NCBI GenBank assembly: GCA_017499595.2
Contig: CM039008.1
Coordinates: 2,294,001-2,358,000 of the forward strand
DNA: 64,000 nt
Source of the DNA: Psilocybe cubensis
Lineage: Eukaryota
Reading direction: 5' to 3'
Part shown: piece by piece, positions 24,431 through 37,170 of the stretch
Layout of the letters: each line of letters opens with the position of its first letter
How positions within the stretch are numbered: the stretch's first letter is position 1
Program-made: the position numbers and the translations under genes
Notes under the pieces: model-generated
What the model saw: the letters and a program-made list of their open reading frames with translations, nothing else
What the model was told of the DNA's origin: nothing
Database searches by the model: none

Positions 24431-27400
24431 TTAATCTGTAATTATAAATCTCCACACGGACGGATACTCCGGGTTAATTTGACGGAAGACCTTATCCGCG
24501 GCCCGCCCCAGATCATTCCACATGGCAATCTGCTTTTGAGCATTTGCCCTGTGACCAACTAACCTGTCAGGAACAAAATCATGCCGTGCACGCCATGTCT
24601 TTGCCATATACACATAAAATCTGACAGTCCATTCCATTTCCTTTTTTGTCAAGGCCAGCTCCTCTTGCCATCTATTCCTCTGAGCTCGCGCGCGGAGCCA
24701 GTTTAGCCTGAAGACTAAGAAGCCCTTGAGAAAAAAATTAGAAATACAAATAGCAGTACTCACACTCATTAACGTATAATTGATTATCATTGTCCAGGCC
24801 CTGACGGGATCTCCAAATCCAACTTAGACGGTCCGAGCTTCCTCCGCGAATGTTCGGATCCGACACGGCATTACTATGCTTGCAATCATGGACTTGCAGA
24901 ATGGGATATTGTTTCCGAATATTATCCTTGTCTCGCACGCCAGCAGATAAATAGATCATCTTCTGACGGTTTGTGTTGTAGAGAGTCGCCGGTGCAATTT
25001 CCAGGAAGCATTCAAAAGCTTGACGCCATCCCAAGCACGAGTCCCCATATAGACGGAGTCGGCGGTCCGAACCTGATATTTATACTGCCAAGAAAGCTGG
25101 ATCAAGGCTGACCGGACCGCTTCCAGACAGTCCTCTGCGTGGCCATGTCTTATTTGAAGTTCAAGTTTGCGAAGCCCTTTTAAAATGAGGTTTGTTCCCG
25201 CGTCAAGGCCGTCAAAGAAATCTTGTTTGACGGCGGAGGGAAACGGAAGCGGCTGTTGTTCCGGATCCGCGCAGGTAATGTTGACATTTCCAAGATCAGG
25301 ATTGTCGTTGTCACTGACTTCATAGTCAAGTATGGGAGCGATGTCCCCTTGAATATCCTCCAAGACATCTTCGCCCATGAAGGTCATAGCAGATCGACAG
25401 AAGGCTTCAACGCGGGTCCGCATGGAGCGACGTTTATTGACCAAGTCAAGTTTCTGCGCGGTGGAAGGATGCTTTCCGAGCTTTCTGACATGGTCCCTGA
25501 GCTCCAATCTAAAAGCATGTTAAATTCTGTAGGATGCAATTGAAATAATCGTACTGCGCTTGCTCCAGTTTTAAGCCGGATGATATCCATGCTGCCTTTC
25601 CAGTAGCACCATTAGATGTAAGTTCCATATTTGAAAGATGCAATTCAATTTCTTGGCGTCCAGCAGCCGTTTTCACTTTGCTTGCCATTACCTTGCCAAC
25701 AGCGTCGGCCACACCTTGTTCTCGGTCCGCTTCTGCTTTTGAAATTTCATCTTCCCAAGTGTTGATGAGCCCGGAATCTTGTTGATCCGTGATACCCCTA
25801 TAAAATCGGTCTGTGATTCCGGACTGTTCCCGTGCCCGTTTGAACTTTGCAGCAATTGTTGCAGCCATATTAATGGTCTTCTTCCAGTTGGAATCCCCCA
25901 TGTGGTCGTCCAAAACCTCTGCTCGATGGGCAGTGGTAGCGGAACGTGTACTCCGGGATGTGTCATTTAACACGGACCACAACGGCTCCAGGATTTCTCC
26001 GTCAATGATTCCCACACCCGGGACATAGGTGGATGCGTAGTTGTAAAGACATTCCGTCTTGTGCCCGTGGACGTGAAATAAACCAATTGCAAAAATCATT
26101 TTAACAGAAGGTGGCCAATGCATTTTTGTGGACTCTGAGAGACGCCTTGCCAAGTTAACGCAATATTGACAGTTTATATCGTAGATTTCCAAATGTTTTG
26201 TGATTCCCTGTGTGTTGGTAGTTTCCCTGGCCTGAGTCAAAGACCAATCCATGTGCATCTGCTTTTCACCTTTGTCAAAATCGACAACGCTGGATGGACA
26301 GAAGCATCCGTGCCTAGCGCAAGCGTGTGCCCCAATTCCACGTACTCTCTTACCCGGGCTGACTCTGTTTTCAGCTTTCTGGGCGTGGTAGTTATGACAT
26401 GTTTGTTCCTGATATTTTTTTACACGGAGGATAAGCCATCCGCCGTGGAAGATTTTTTTGACACGGAAGGGAAGCATCCGCCGTGGAAGATTGTGACACG
26501 GAACGTAAGCATCCGCCGTGAAAGATAAATCATGGTAGATAACGCACCCGTTTATAACGTGGAGCAAGAGAAATTGCTTCCTTGATGTGCTCCTTGTATG
26601 GGCCCAGAGCAGTCATGTATCCTTCTCCAACGCTCAACCAAACATCGTCTCCCTCGTTTTTCTGATTGAGGTGATCTGCTTTGAAATTACCATCTGCAAC
26701 ATAACTATGTATGTACAGATTGCTATTTGCTGTTAATTGCAGTCACCCTTGAAGAATAACTAAAACTTGCCTGTCAGCATCATCAATCCAGGTATCGGGT
26801 AGGTTTATTCCAGGCTGTGGACAGGCGGGGCAGAATAAGGCCAACTTCCCTCTCCTATCTTCAACTTTGGGATGATCCTTGGTCCGCGTCATTTGTGGTG
26901 CAGGCGGACCATCTAATCCGCCGTGTCCCAGAGACGGGTCCGTTGACATTCCGACTTCTTGAGACGGACTATCAGATCCGCCATCAATTGGATCAGATAC
27001 ATTAATACCCATCCTCTCTGGTGATGAATCATGGCAATGATGATAGTAAGGGACCACCGCTTCTCTTGTATGCCCTTCTCCGTATTGTCGTCTCAGGACA
27101 AGGTCCCTGTATTCTCTACTAAGCCTTCTCAATTCACGATAGCGGTTCAGCACCTTTTTTGGAAACGCTGGCGAAGTCAGTCTTCGCAACTTTTGGTAAT
27201 ACTGATAAGCCGACGTTTTGCACTCGAGGTTGTCCATCCGAAAGTCCTCAAGGACCTCAACTGTGAACACAGTTTGAACGTTTTCAAAGCTGGCTGCAAA
27301 TAATCCCATCTCCAGATACTGTAAATCGATAGACGGAAGGCGGACGGACCGGCATGTGCATGTTCGCACGGGCAGATAATGGACTCCGGAGGTGTGCACA

Positions 27401-28354
27401 ATTGCCTTGAAAGGAATTCCATTGTTGTCTGCTGCCTTTGGACGAGGTTGGTCCAGATAGGTTGTATCGACTTCCTCGAATAGATCATCGTCTTCATCGT
27501 CTCCATCGTCCAGCTCAACCAAATGGGGTACCTCTGGGTCCGCCAGAAGCTGAGCTGTAAAGGATTCTTGGTCATTGCTCGCAGGAAGCGGATCCAGGTC
27601 CAATCCGTGTTCATCCTCAAAGATGGGCGAATTGTTTCCGCCGTGCCCATGACTCCCGGATGAATTGTTTCCGCCGTCGCATCCTAGATGGCTCGGATCC
27701 GTGGGATAAGGACACCGCTTCCCATTATGACCCAAATACAACTTGACACCCACTTCCCACAGAGCTCCCGGACGGAAATATAGACCCGTCCACTTCTCAA
27801 CGCGGTGGAAAGGTGTAAATTGATGGTTTCTTCGCAGGCATTCAGAACACAAAATTCTAGAGCCAAAGCATTGGCAACATCTCCACACTCCAGACATTCC
27901 TTGACATTGCTGACACCGTCCATTCAGATCCGGATCCGGGGCTTCTCCTCCAATCATTGTTCCAAGATACACCTCTCGTTTCGGGAGCCATTCCCTCAGG
28001 TAATCATTTTGAGACTGGATAGGTAAAGTCATCCTGATCATTCTACTGAAAACATGTTAAACATACCTTTCCTCCCGTTCTGTCGTCATCTAGCTGTCTC
28101 AGGTTATCAAGTACCTGCTGATCAGTTAGATCTCCCGGATAATGAGGTATTTCTTCTTCCAGAATGTTGTGTTCATGGTTTTGGAAAGAGTAAGTCGGTG
28201 TTTGAGGGAGGTTTGTTGATGATGATTCTGCAGGAAGTTTGTGGATCCTCGGCCGCCCTCTCTTTCGTTTCTTGGCCCCACTAGACCAGGAGGCCTCCCG
28301 AACATTGGGAAACTCCTCATCCGATCCCCTATCAGGTACTTTCTTGAAGCCCAT
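24431..28354 (-). CDS. CxC2 + KDZ transposase (Kyakuja type), ~6 exons, one 2-bp frameshift near 24983
   Basis: Cys-rich N-terminus and CxC2 (VHTSGVH...CTC...QYLEMGLF...TVFT). KDZ motifs ADGNFK, CARHGC, KGEK, YDINCQY, FHVHGH and DGEILEPLWS. C-terminal WLRARAQRNRWQEE...EMEW. Confidence 0.92.
26430..26526. repeat. Three direct copies of CATCCGCCGTG(G)AAGAT in a transposase intron
   Basis: Seen directly at ~26437, ~26475 and ~26510. Confidence 0.8.
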
Positions 28355-30096
28355 GGATGTTGGAAACAAAGAGTCTGACAGCCTGTGAGCGCAGATCTAA
28401 ATGTAGTATAACATGTTTATTTCTGTAGATAAATTTCCCTCAATTATGCCGTTGTAAAGAGGGGGAAAATAGCTTTCATATGACCTATTTTGCAGCATAT
28501 TTGAATGAGTGAGTGAAATGCTATGAACAAAACTTGATTCAGAGATGCATAAAATGGACGTGATTCCATCATAAATGTACAATATGATGCAGAATGACCC
28601 TTTCAGAACCACACTTTGGAGTGTTTTTGAAATATCTTTTCACTGGCTGGCCCCTCATTCCTCCGGCATATATCATATTAAAGATAATCTCAACAGCTAC
28701 AGAATGACATTTTTTGTAGAAGGTGAGTCCTCATATTTATGGAGATATTCTCAATATACTAGAAAATGTGTCAAAATGAGCTCACTGGGATCATTATATT
28801 TTTTGAAAAAAATTATGCATTTGAATACCTCTCATGGTCTCTGAGATGACTGCCGTTTTGGGTTTCACAAGTTTTGGGTGAGAAGACGTGAATTTGAATT
28901 TTGTGTTTCTGTATCTTTACAGCCATCTAACAAGAATTTAAAACCTTGTAAAATTATCTTTATATAAAGCGCTAAATGTTTACAAAATTTCATGTTTATT
29001 GATTGAGTGCAGAGGGAACTATTGCAAAATCATGAGGTCAATGTATGTGACAGCGACCAGCATGCTTTGATCATCGTGGCCGACGATGAAGCGGGATTAC
29101 CTGATTGGGAAAAATATGACATCACATCATTCATTTAGTATGATCGGAAGCTTATTTTATCTCCGTATGACGTGAGATTTGACTAGATCACACAGATACT
29201 CATCGATAAGCTACTTGTTACATCGCTGCAATTATGCCCACCAATGCATCCCCCGACGCGGATCCGCTTCCTTCCACCGCAAATGCCACAACCCACAACG
29301 GACCCAGAAGCGGACAGACGGCGGAGGGTGACTTTCCGCCGGAAGAATCAAATATATGGACCACAAAGGAAATGCGCGTGTTGAAAAAGCATGTACAGCC
29401 CTACAAAGATACATCAAAGTCATCCAAAGCAGACTACATACAGAACACTGTCATACCTGAGCTGCAAGCTACATGGGATCACAGATACTCTAGACGTGCT
29501 AGGAAGGAAGATAAGCAACTACACAAAGAATGGAAGGTGAAGAAGCATGTGAGCTTGTTGTTTCTTTGAAAATTTTGTTACACACATAAACCATCACAAT
29601 AGCGAATATTTAATTGGTTTAGAAACCATGCGTCAAATCGAATTGGTGTAAAATTGGAAGGATTGAACTCCTGTATAACCTTTCAGACGGTATTCCGTGA
29701 GGAGAAGTCGGCAGAGATTGACTCCGAGGTTGCACTTCTATCAGGGAATGCTGCTCGTGGAAGTAAAGATTGGATGAAGTTTTATCAACAAGGACGTAAG
29801 CAGGTTGAGGCCAGATTGACTCAGGAGGAGTGGGACAGGTTCATGGAGATCCTTGAGGAATGGAATAAGAAAGGTGTTTCAAAATCAATGAAGGCAAAGT
29901 GAGTCGGTGAAACTTGTTTCCGCCGTCAATCTGACATCTGCAGGACTGCTGCCAGGCAAGGCAGAAAAATACTTCGACAAATGGAGAAACTTAAGTGGCA
30001 GAGAATGGGTATGAGGTCCATTACCTTTGAGGGGCATTATGATATTGAGGGTAAAATTGAATACTCAATGTAAGTGTTAAACACGGCATGAACAAG

Positions 30097-30185
30097 TTCC
30101 GCCGTGAATGCTTACGGCGGAAACTTTATCCGCTGTAAACACCCTACGGCGGATAAAGTTTCCGCCGTAAGCATTCACGGCGGAA
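30097..30185. repeat. Intronic hairpin: 41-bp arms, 7-nt loop
   Basis: TTCCGCCGTGAATGCTTACGGCGGAAACTTTATCCGCTGTA-AACACCC-TACGGCGGATAAAGTTTCCGCCGTAAGCATTCACGGCGGAA, with 1 mismatch. Confidence 0.92.
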
Positions 30186-31445
30186 TAATTTGGCCCGTAT
30201 TAATGTTGACTGATGGGCATTGAAGGACCCAGACAAGCAATCTAGCACTCGACAATGTCAGAATTCCTTCCTTTGGGCAACTCTTTCCATCCGAGTTGGC
30301 CGCTTTTCGCAGAGCGTTTGTTCAATACCTCGTCCACATTTCAGAAATAGAGAAGGGTGTGGCCAATCCAGCACTGCCAGATGCATCGTTTCATGAAAAA
30401 TCCCTCAAGTTTAGCAGCAATGGATTTCCAATAGTACCTAGTCCTATCTATGGCTCAACTGGGAGAGAAGTCGCTTATGCGCAAAAGTCAATTATTAGAA
30501 TTTACATGAACAAGGTTTATGGTGTGTAATTTGTCTATGTCCTCAACAAACTTGCTAACTATGTATACAGCTTTAGCCAAGGATAGGCCTGGTTCAAGTG
30601 TTCCTTGGGATGCTCTTGAAAGGCGTTCTGCAGAAATGATTGATCCAGAGTATTGGCCAAGTTCAATCCCCGTGACGGATCTGAGCCGGCTCCGCCTGGA
30701 GTCAACTTCTGCAATTCTCAAGCTATGGAGGGACCGTCAAGCGCAAGGAGACATCCCCTTTAAATTCTCAAAGGTTTTTGGAAATGGCTATGACATTATG
30801 GAACCTCTCTATCCGTCCAACTTGTTTGACGGCCTAGAAGCCCACCCGATACCTCCACCTCCTGCAGCCATAACCAAACGTCGGCTGAGGCAAAAAGCTA
30901 TACGACTTCAAACCCAATCTTCAAGCGACTCTGAATCATCCAATCTGTCAGAGTTTGATAATGGACGGGGCAGTCCGGCATCCGCGATGCCACGCACTAC
31001 TGCCAGATTTGAAGTCACACCAGAGACGGATGAGACTCCTACCGACGCACCTTCAAGATCTAGCAAGCCACCCTCTCTACCAAGTAGATCCAGCCCAACA
31101 ATTGTCAATCCATCATCCAGCCCAACTCCAGAGGTTGAGGAGGCGCCTCCCAAGCCAGCTAGAAAGATTATGCCAAGAAAAAGAACAAAGCCATATGTCG
31201 GAACGGCGGAAATGGACGGACCCAATGAAGAGAGTTCTGTACCCCCCCCAGTTAAGCCAAAACCAACTAGAAGGATTCAACCTAGGAAAAGAACAAAGCC
31301 CTACTCAGATCCACTTGACACAGTGGAAGAAGATGGAGTCCAAACAGGAACAACCCAAGACACGGATAATACACGGGCCGGCAGGGACGTGACTTGTGAT
31401 GTCTTTGTGGAGACAGTAACAAGTCCAGATACGGATGAAACACGG

Positions 31446-33075
31446 TATCATACCCCAATCCTGATTGGAGATGAGATGTTCATTTTGGATCTACACACGA
31501 CGCCCTCAACCCAAGCAGTCATTCTTTCCATAAGTCATCCACACATCTTATCTTATCAACACTTGTCACATGGGAGCCACGTTATTCCGGATCATGTCAC
31601 TTCGTCAGATCATGAAGGCTATGCGACGGATCAGTCAACCATCAAACTGCATAGCTTTCTACACTGCCTTGCACAGCCGGACTGTCAACTCTATTTTTAT
31701 CAATTCAATGGTCTTACTCAGCGTCAGGCTGCGGATTACTCATTCCAACTTATTTTTGGTTTGTCTTACTCATCCTTTTGTGTTTATTTATATCTTTTCT
31801 ATTGTCTGTTGCGCTTTTATTGTCTTTGTCTTACCAATCTTCTATGCTTTCTGACTCATCCTTGCTTCTTTTATCTAATCTGTATTACCATTCACCTTCG
31901 TCATACACTTCTTTCTTACTCATCCTATTCATTTCTTATCTGTCGTCGTGTCGATATTGACATGTCTTATTGTTCTTGCTTATTGTTACACTTGCGTAGC
32001 CTCATTCTTGACACTTTGTACAGTATATGACTCGGTTTTCAGTAGCTTAGATTGGTATTTCGTTCACGTAGCTTTTAGTATAAAAGCTGTAGTAGAATTA
32101 CACGAAATGACAGGAAAGTTACACCCAGTCCCCACTTTCTTCAAAGCAAGCCAATTTTCATCCAAAGTCAAGTCAATTTCAAGTCAATCCACATCGATTC
32201 ATTTCAATTCCAAGCTCAAGTTCAAGCCAAGCCCAAACCCAAGTCCAATTCAGTCATCAGTTCCACCCTCCGTCGAGACCAAGTTTACTTCCATTCATCC
32301 AAAGTCACCTCGCTTTCCATTAAGAGAGGATTTCATCCGAGACCAGTCATCCTCCTCATCCAACACCTCTTCTTCTCAGCGTTGAATATCCAACTTCTAT
32401 CCAGACCTCCAGTACTTCCCTACTTCCTCTCCTCCATTCAAGCCGTCACCGCTCCTACTCTTTCTACACCTTCCAACCATCGCCGTTAGGAGTGTATTCA
32501 AGACATCCTTTCCCTCCGTCAACTCATCTGGAGTGATTTCATTCGAGACAGACTTAGTCTTTCATCCTCGATTCAGTCAATACTCCTGCGACGTATAGCT
32601 TCATTCCAAGCTTCAGAAAGATTGTCAATTTAAAGACACTTTCACCATTCTTCAAGATTCAGCCCGTTAACGACATTCCGACTCCTAGTCATCTTCTTAT
32701 CTCCCCTCGGAACGTTCCCCACTCACTTCAGACAACCCCTCTAAGATTCACATTTATTGATTTCTCATACGCAATCTACGCATCTTCTTCACGCTTTCCA
32801 TATACACCCGCCATCCAATTCCACGGTTCCATCCCATTTTCGGAAGGCTTATTTACTATCGTACCCAGACGACCCGGTTATCCTCTTCTTACTATTTCGC
32901 TTTCATTACCCTTCACAATCCACACCATCCTAATCTACTTAAATCCTAGGCAGCGTCCCCCCTTAAGAAACTTAGGAGAAGGTTTCGTCCTATCCAGTCT
33001 GGACCACTCTTTCCCTGGGGTTTGTGTTTGTTGGATTACATATAGTTTATAACCAATCACAAACTTCGATCTTCA
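31446..33075 (+). repeat. 5' LTR (1630 bp)
   Basis: TATCATACCCC...CGATCTTCA, a direct repeat of 41300-42929. Only 2 differences were noticed (31614, 32365). Confidence 0.96.
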
Positions 33076-33270
33076 TCTGGAGCCCACCGCGAGGGAGGGT
33101 TAATTAGGATTTTGTATTAGGAACACAGCAATCTACCACTTTATCACTTCCATTCCATCCATTTCGACTCTTTTTCTTTACAGGTTATTTCGCTTCTCTG
33201 GTTTATTCTCTAGGCAACTCTAGGCAACAATTCTAGGCAACACTTTCTGACTCTGTAACTGGTTTACGCT

Positions 33271-36200
33271 ATGACTGATTCTGGCAATCCACTTCCATCC
33301 TCTGCTCCCACTATGGCTACTACCATCATCCAACGTACTCCAGTCGATATGCCCGTTCCTAAATCTAGTGCTGCTCCAAAATTCACTGGATCTTACGTCG
33401 ACGTCAAGAATTTCTTGGATCACTGCGACCGCATTTTTGATCAGTACAATGTCACTCTCGACGATGACAAAGTACGATACATGGTTCAATGCTGCAACCA
33501 AGAGAGCAGAGAAATCATTGAAGGTTTACCCAGCCACCATGCCAAGCAATGGGAACGACTCAAGACTGATATGCTCAAGATCTTTGATCATGCTAGGACA
33601 ACGCAGAAGTTCACGTTGAGTACTCTTCGTGCTTATGCTTTCCAACACTCCAATCTTTCTATGCGCTCTCTCGACGATTTCCGCGAGTATCAGAAGCAAT
33701 ACATTCGCATCGCTGGTTGGCTTCTCAACAACAACAAGATATCCAAGACGGAATACAATCAATACTTCTGGCTAGGAATCAATGAATCCCTCCGACCTGC
33801 GCTCGAAAGCAAGATCATGGTCTTTAATCCTCATATCGATCTCTCCTCACCTTTTTCCATTGAAGACGTCACCAAGGCAGTTGAAATCATCTTCAAACGA
33901 GACCGCTTTGATGTTGGAATCTTTGACAATCCTTCTGCACGCCCCTTCACGTCTCTTATTCCTCCAAAGGATTCGTATCCAGAGCGCTCATCAGTCTTTG
34001 ACGAGATCAAGAAGTACTTACAGGAGATGTTTCCTAACATTGAGACACGCGATGCCCGTGAACGTCCATACAATCCCCCGGAAGAGACCAAGCGCATTTT
34101 TCAGGATCTAGACAAGGAAGAGAAGCAAGCGCACAAGGACGACGAAGTGGAGAACTTGATCAAGCAGATGTCGAAGCTCACCATCCATGATTCTTCGTAC
34201 ACCATTTATTATCTTCGCGCCATCAAGTTGGAACCCGCTCTTGCTAACATGCTCATTGCTCCGGCCATTATGAATCCAAGTGCACAGCCAGCTCAGCCAG
34301 TCCCAATCGCAAGTCAGTCAGCACCTCCAGCACCATGAGCACCACGTCAGTCCGCATCCGAGATCATCTGCTATGGTTGCCACCAACAAGGCCATGGAAT
34401 CAACAACTGCCCGACGCTCATTGATCTTACAAACCGCAAGCTCATCTCCAGAGACAGTAGCAATCGAGTTGTCTTCCCTGATGGATCCCGCATTATTCGC
34501 CAGAATGGAGAGTCAATCGCACAAGCAGTCCTTCGTCAACAACAGCCTCCTCCTCCTCCTCCTCCTCAAGTTGCTACCACAAGCATAGCCGTATCCGAAG
34601 CATATTATGGTCAGATGTTCAAGAACTACAGAGCCATGGTTGCAGAAGAAGAAGAGGATGACATTGGAACCTGGGATGGAGAAGACGAGTTTGAGTTTAC
34701 GCTGGCAGGTCCTGGTAATCGAATCCCAACTGAAAAGCGAACACGTGCTGCACGCAAACAGGTCATGGACGCTGTGGTACCTCCGGAACCCGCGTATCTG
34801 AAAGGGAAGCGAGCGGAAATGAGTAAAGCTAAGGATTCTTCTCAGATCCCATCTATTCTTAAACGTCCGGCTAACTCTGGATTGCCGAACAACGTGCCTA
34901 GCTCCACTTCCATTCAACCTGTCCCAATCCCGTCAATTAATCAACCTTCTGCTGAAATGAATCCATCAATTCCTGTCAAACAAGCTCAACCCAATGTCCC
35001 GATTAGGGCAAATCCAACGGAACATCCCGAGACTGCCCAACGACACGAGGTTTTTGATCCGGCCGATGATGATCAAATCATGGAAGATGTCACTCCTAGT
35101 CTAGAACGAGGCAAATCAGTTACCAAGCCACGTGCAGCACCTCAGAAACGTGTCTCTGACATATCCCAAACTGTCGACACTATGGCCATTCTCAGACGAT
35201 GCCTTAATCAACCCGTTAATGCGACGTTCGGCGAGCTACTTGGAGTTTCAAAGGACCTTAGGACCCTTCTTATCAACAGCATCAAAGGCAAGACCCTTAC
35301 TGTCGACGAATTCAAAGCTTCATTGGCAAACGGCAACTTAAAGCTTTCCGATAAGGAAGTTCTAGACATCATTCGCAGTGCCGAAAAGGACGTACCTGTT
35401 CAATACATGCACGAGACCAATTCAGTCGAATCCCTTCGCGCTCACGAGCCCCTTCTTCGAATCACATTAATGTGTAATGGTCACGAACTCAATGCCTTGA
35501 TTGACAGTGGATCTACGCAGAACATTCTAAGCGAACAGGCTTGGAAGAAGATTGTCAAGTTGCCGATGGACAGCCGGAATACTATTGTTATGGTCGATAT
35601 TCATGGCGGCAAATCCCACATGCTTGGATTCGTTGGAAATGTTCAACTTGATATTGGTACAGTCAGGACGCGTGCTCATTGCTATGTATCCGACAAAGTC
35701 CAGTTTGATATACTCTTGGGACGTCCATGGACCCGTGACAACTATGTGGACATTCTAGAACGACCCGAAGGGACCTTCATTGCCTTCTATGACGTCAAAG
35801 ATCCTACACGTGAGCAGAAATTCCTTGTGACACCTGATACTCAGCACGACCGGCGTTACTTCACGGATACCATTTACGACAAGACCCCCCACACAATGTT
35901 AGCACACAACGACCTCTCCTTAGCTAATCCGGATGCCGAAGAAGGTGAAATTGAAGAAGATCTAGAACCCGGTGAATTATTGGACGACCTTCGCTATCCA
36001 TCACCTACCCCTTCCATGATCGAGTTATCTATCCTTACTAGGCAACAATCTCTAAATCGGGACGAATCTGCTAACCCAAATGAGGACTTATCCACTTCAC
36101 AAGATGCACCCTCTTTCTCTGACTCCAACTGCGAACATGACTCGACTCAGGACTCCTCTCACGGTCTCTACGCTTCCGATTATGACTCAATGTATCAAGA

Positions 36201-37155
36201 TGACTCGGGAACTTCTCAATTCAATGCGACAGCCCATTATGGTCATATTTCCACACCACCTTACGATTCCACACATGAGGCCCCACAAATAGAACAGCCA
36301 CCATCACCATCTGTCAATCCGTCCATCAAATCCCACACTTCAGACAATAACGACCCACATGAAGAAGAACCAGCTGACGACGATCCAGAAATGGAACAAT
36401 TGAGCTCACCCGAAGTAGAAGCTATTCAATTCTCTTCTGACAATACTCACCTTACGGCTATGGGAATGCTCAACCCCCACTTGCGCTTTGAAGACTGGAT
36501 TCTATACGACGCCACTTATTCTTCTCCTACTCGTGTTGTTTCTGACCGAACAGGAACGGCCTTTGTCCATTATGTTTATCCGCAGAGAGACAGCCATATA
36601 AACTTGACGACGACTCCAACTATTCTACACTTCAGTCGCACTGGTATCTCGTCTCAATCTAACCACTCTGCTTCAGTCAGTGCCTATCCAATGGGCCAAC
36701 GTCACTCAGCATCCTGGACTCATTTTATTCCCCAATCCATTCGCTCTCAAAACGCTTCTTCTATTCCCCAACCTCATTCCCGAAATTCTGCTCTTCCAGA
36801 GACGCCTCTTTCGATTATGATTCACCAAGAAACACGTGTATCATCGACGGTCACCGCAAATGTAGACGAGCATCATCGAGGCCCGAAAGCTTTGGTACAT
36901 CCTCTGCGAGTAGCCCACGACAGTCCGAAGGAGCCATTAAACGAGGATGAAGAAGAGCTACGAATCGCCCATAATGGCAAAGAGGTCGACCACAATTCTT
37001 CCCTTTTACCTCTTCCCATAACCAGCACAATGCACGAATCGCGAGCTTCAAATATGGATGATGGAAACGAATGGTACTATCAGTATGGAGAAGAAAGTCC
37101 CTTTGGTATCGACAACACGGAAGAACATCCCTTGGACGCCAACACATTGTACTGA
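33271..37155 (+). CDS. gag: Gag-zinc knuckle-aspartic protease ORF with one in-frame TGA at 34336
   Basis: ORFs 33271-34338 and 34615-37155 share a frame with no other stop between them. CYGCHQQGHGINNC follows the stop. Protease motifs ALIDSGS and ILLGRPW. Confidence 0.88.
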
Positions 37156-37170
37156 CTATCTGGACGGTGC

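Noticed and set aside
30519-32030. 503-aa ORF as a single membrane protein
   Set aside because: It is a chimera: a cargo-gene exon up to 31445 reading through into the LTR.
33076-33095. Specific primer tRNA assignment for the PBS
   Set aside because: A TGG-containing motif is visible, but it cannot be matched to a tRNA without the genome's tRNA set.
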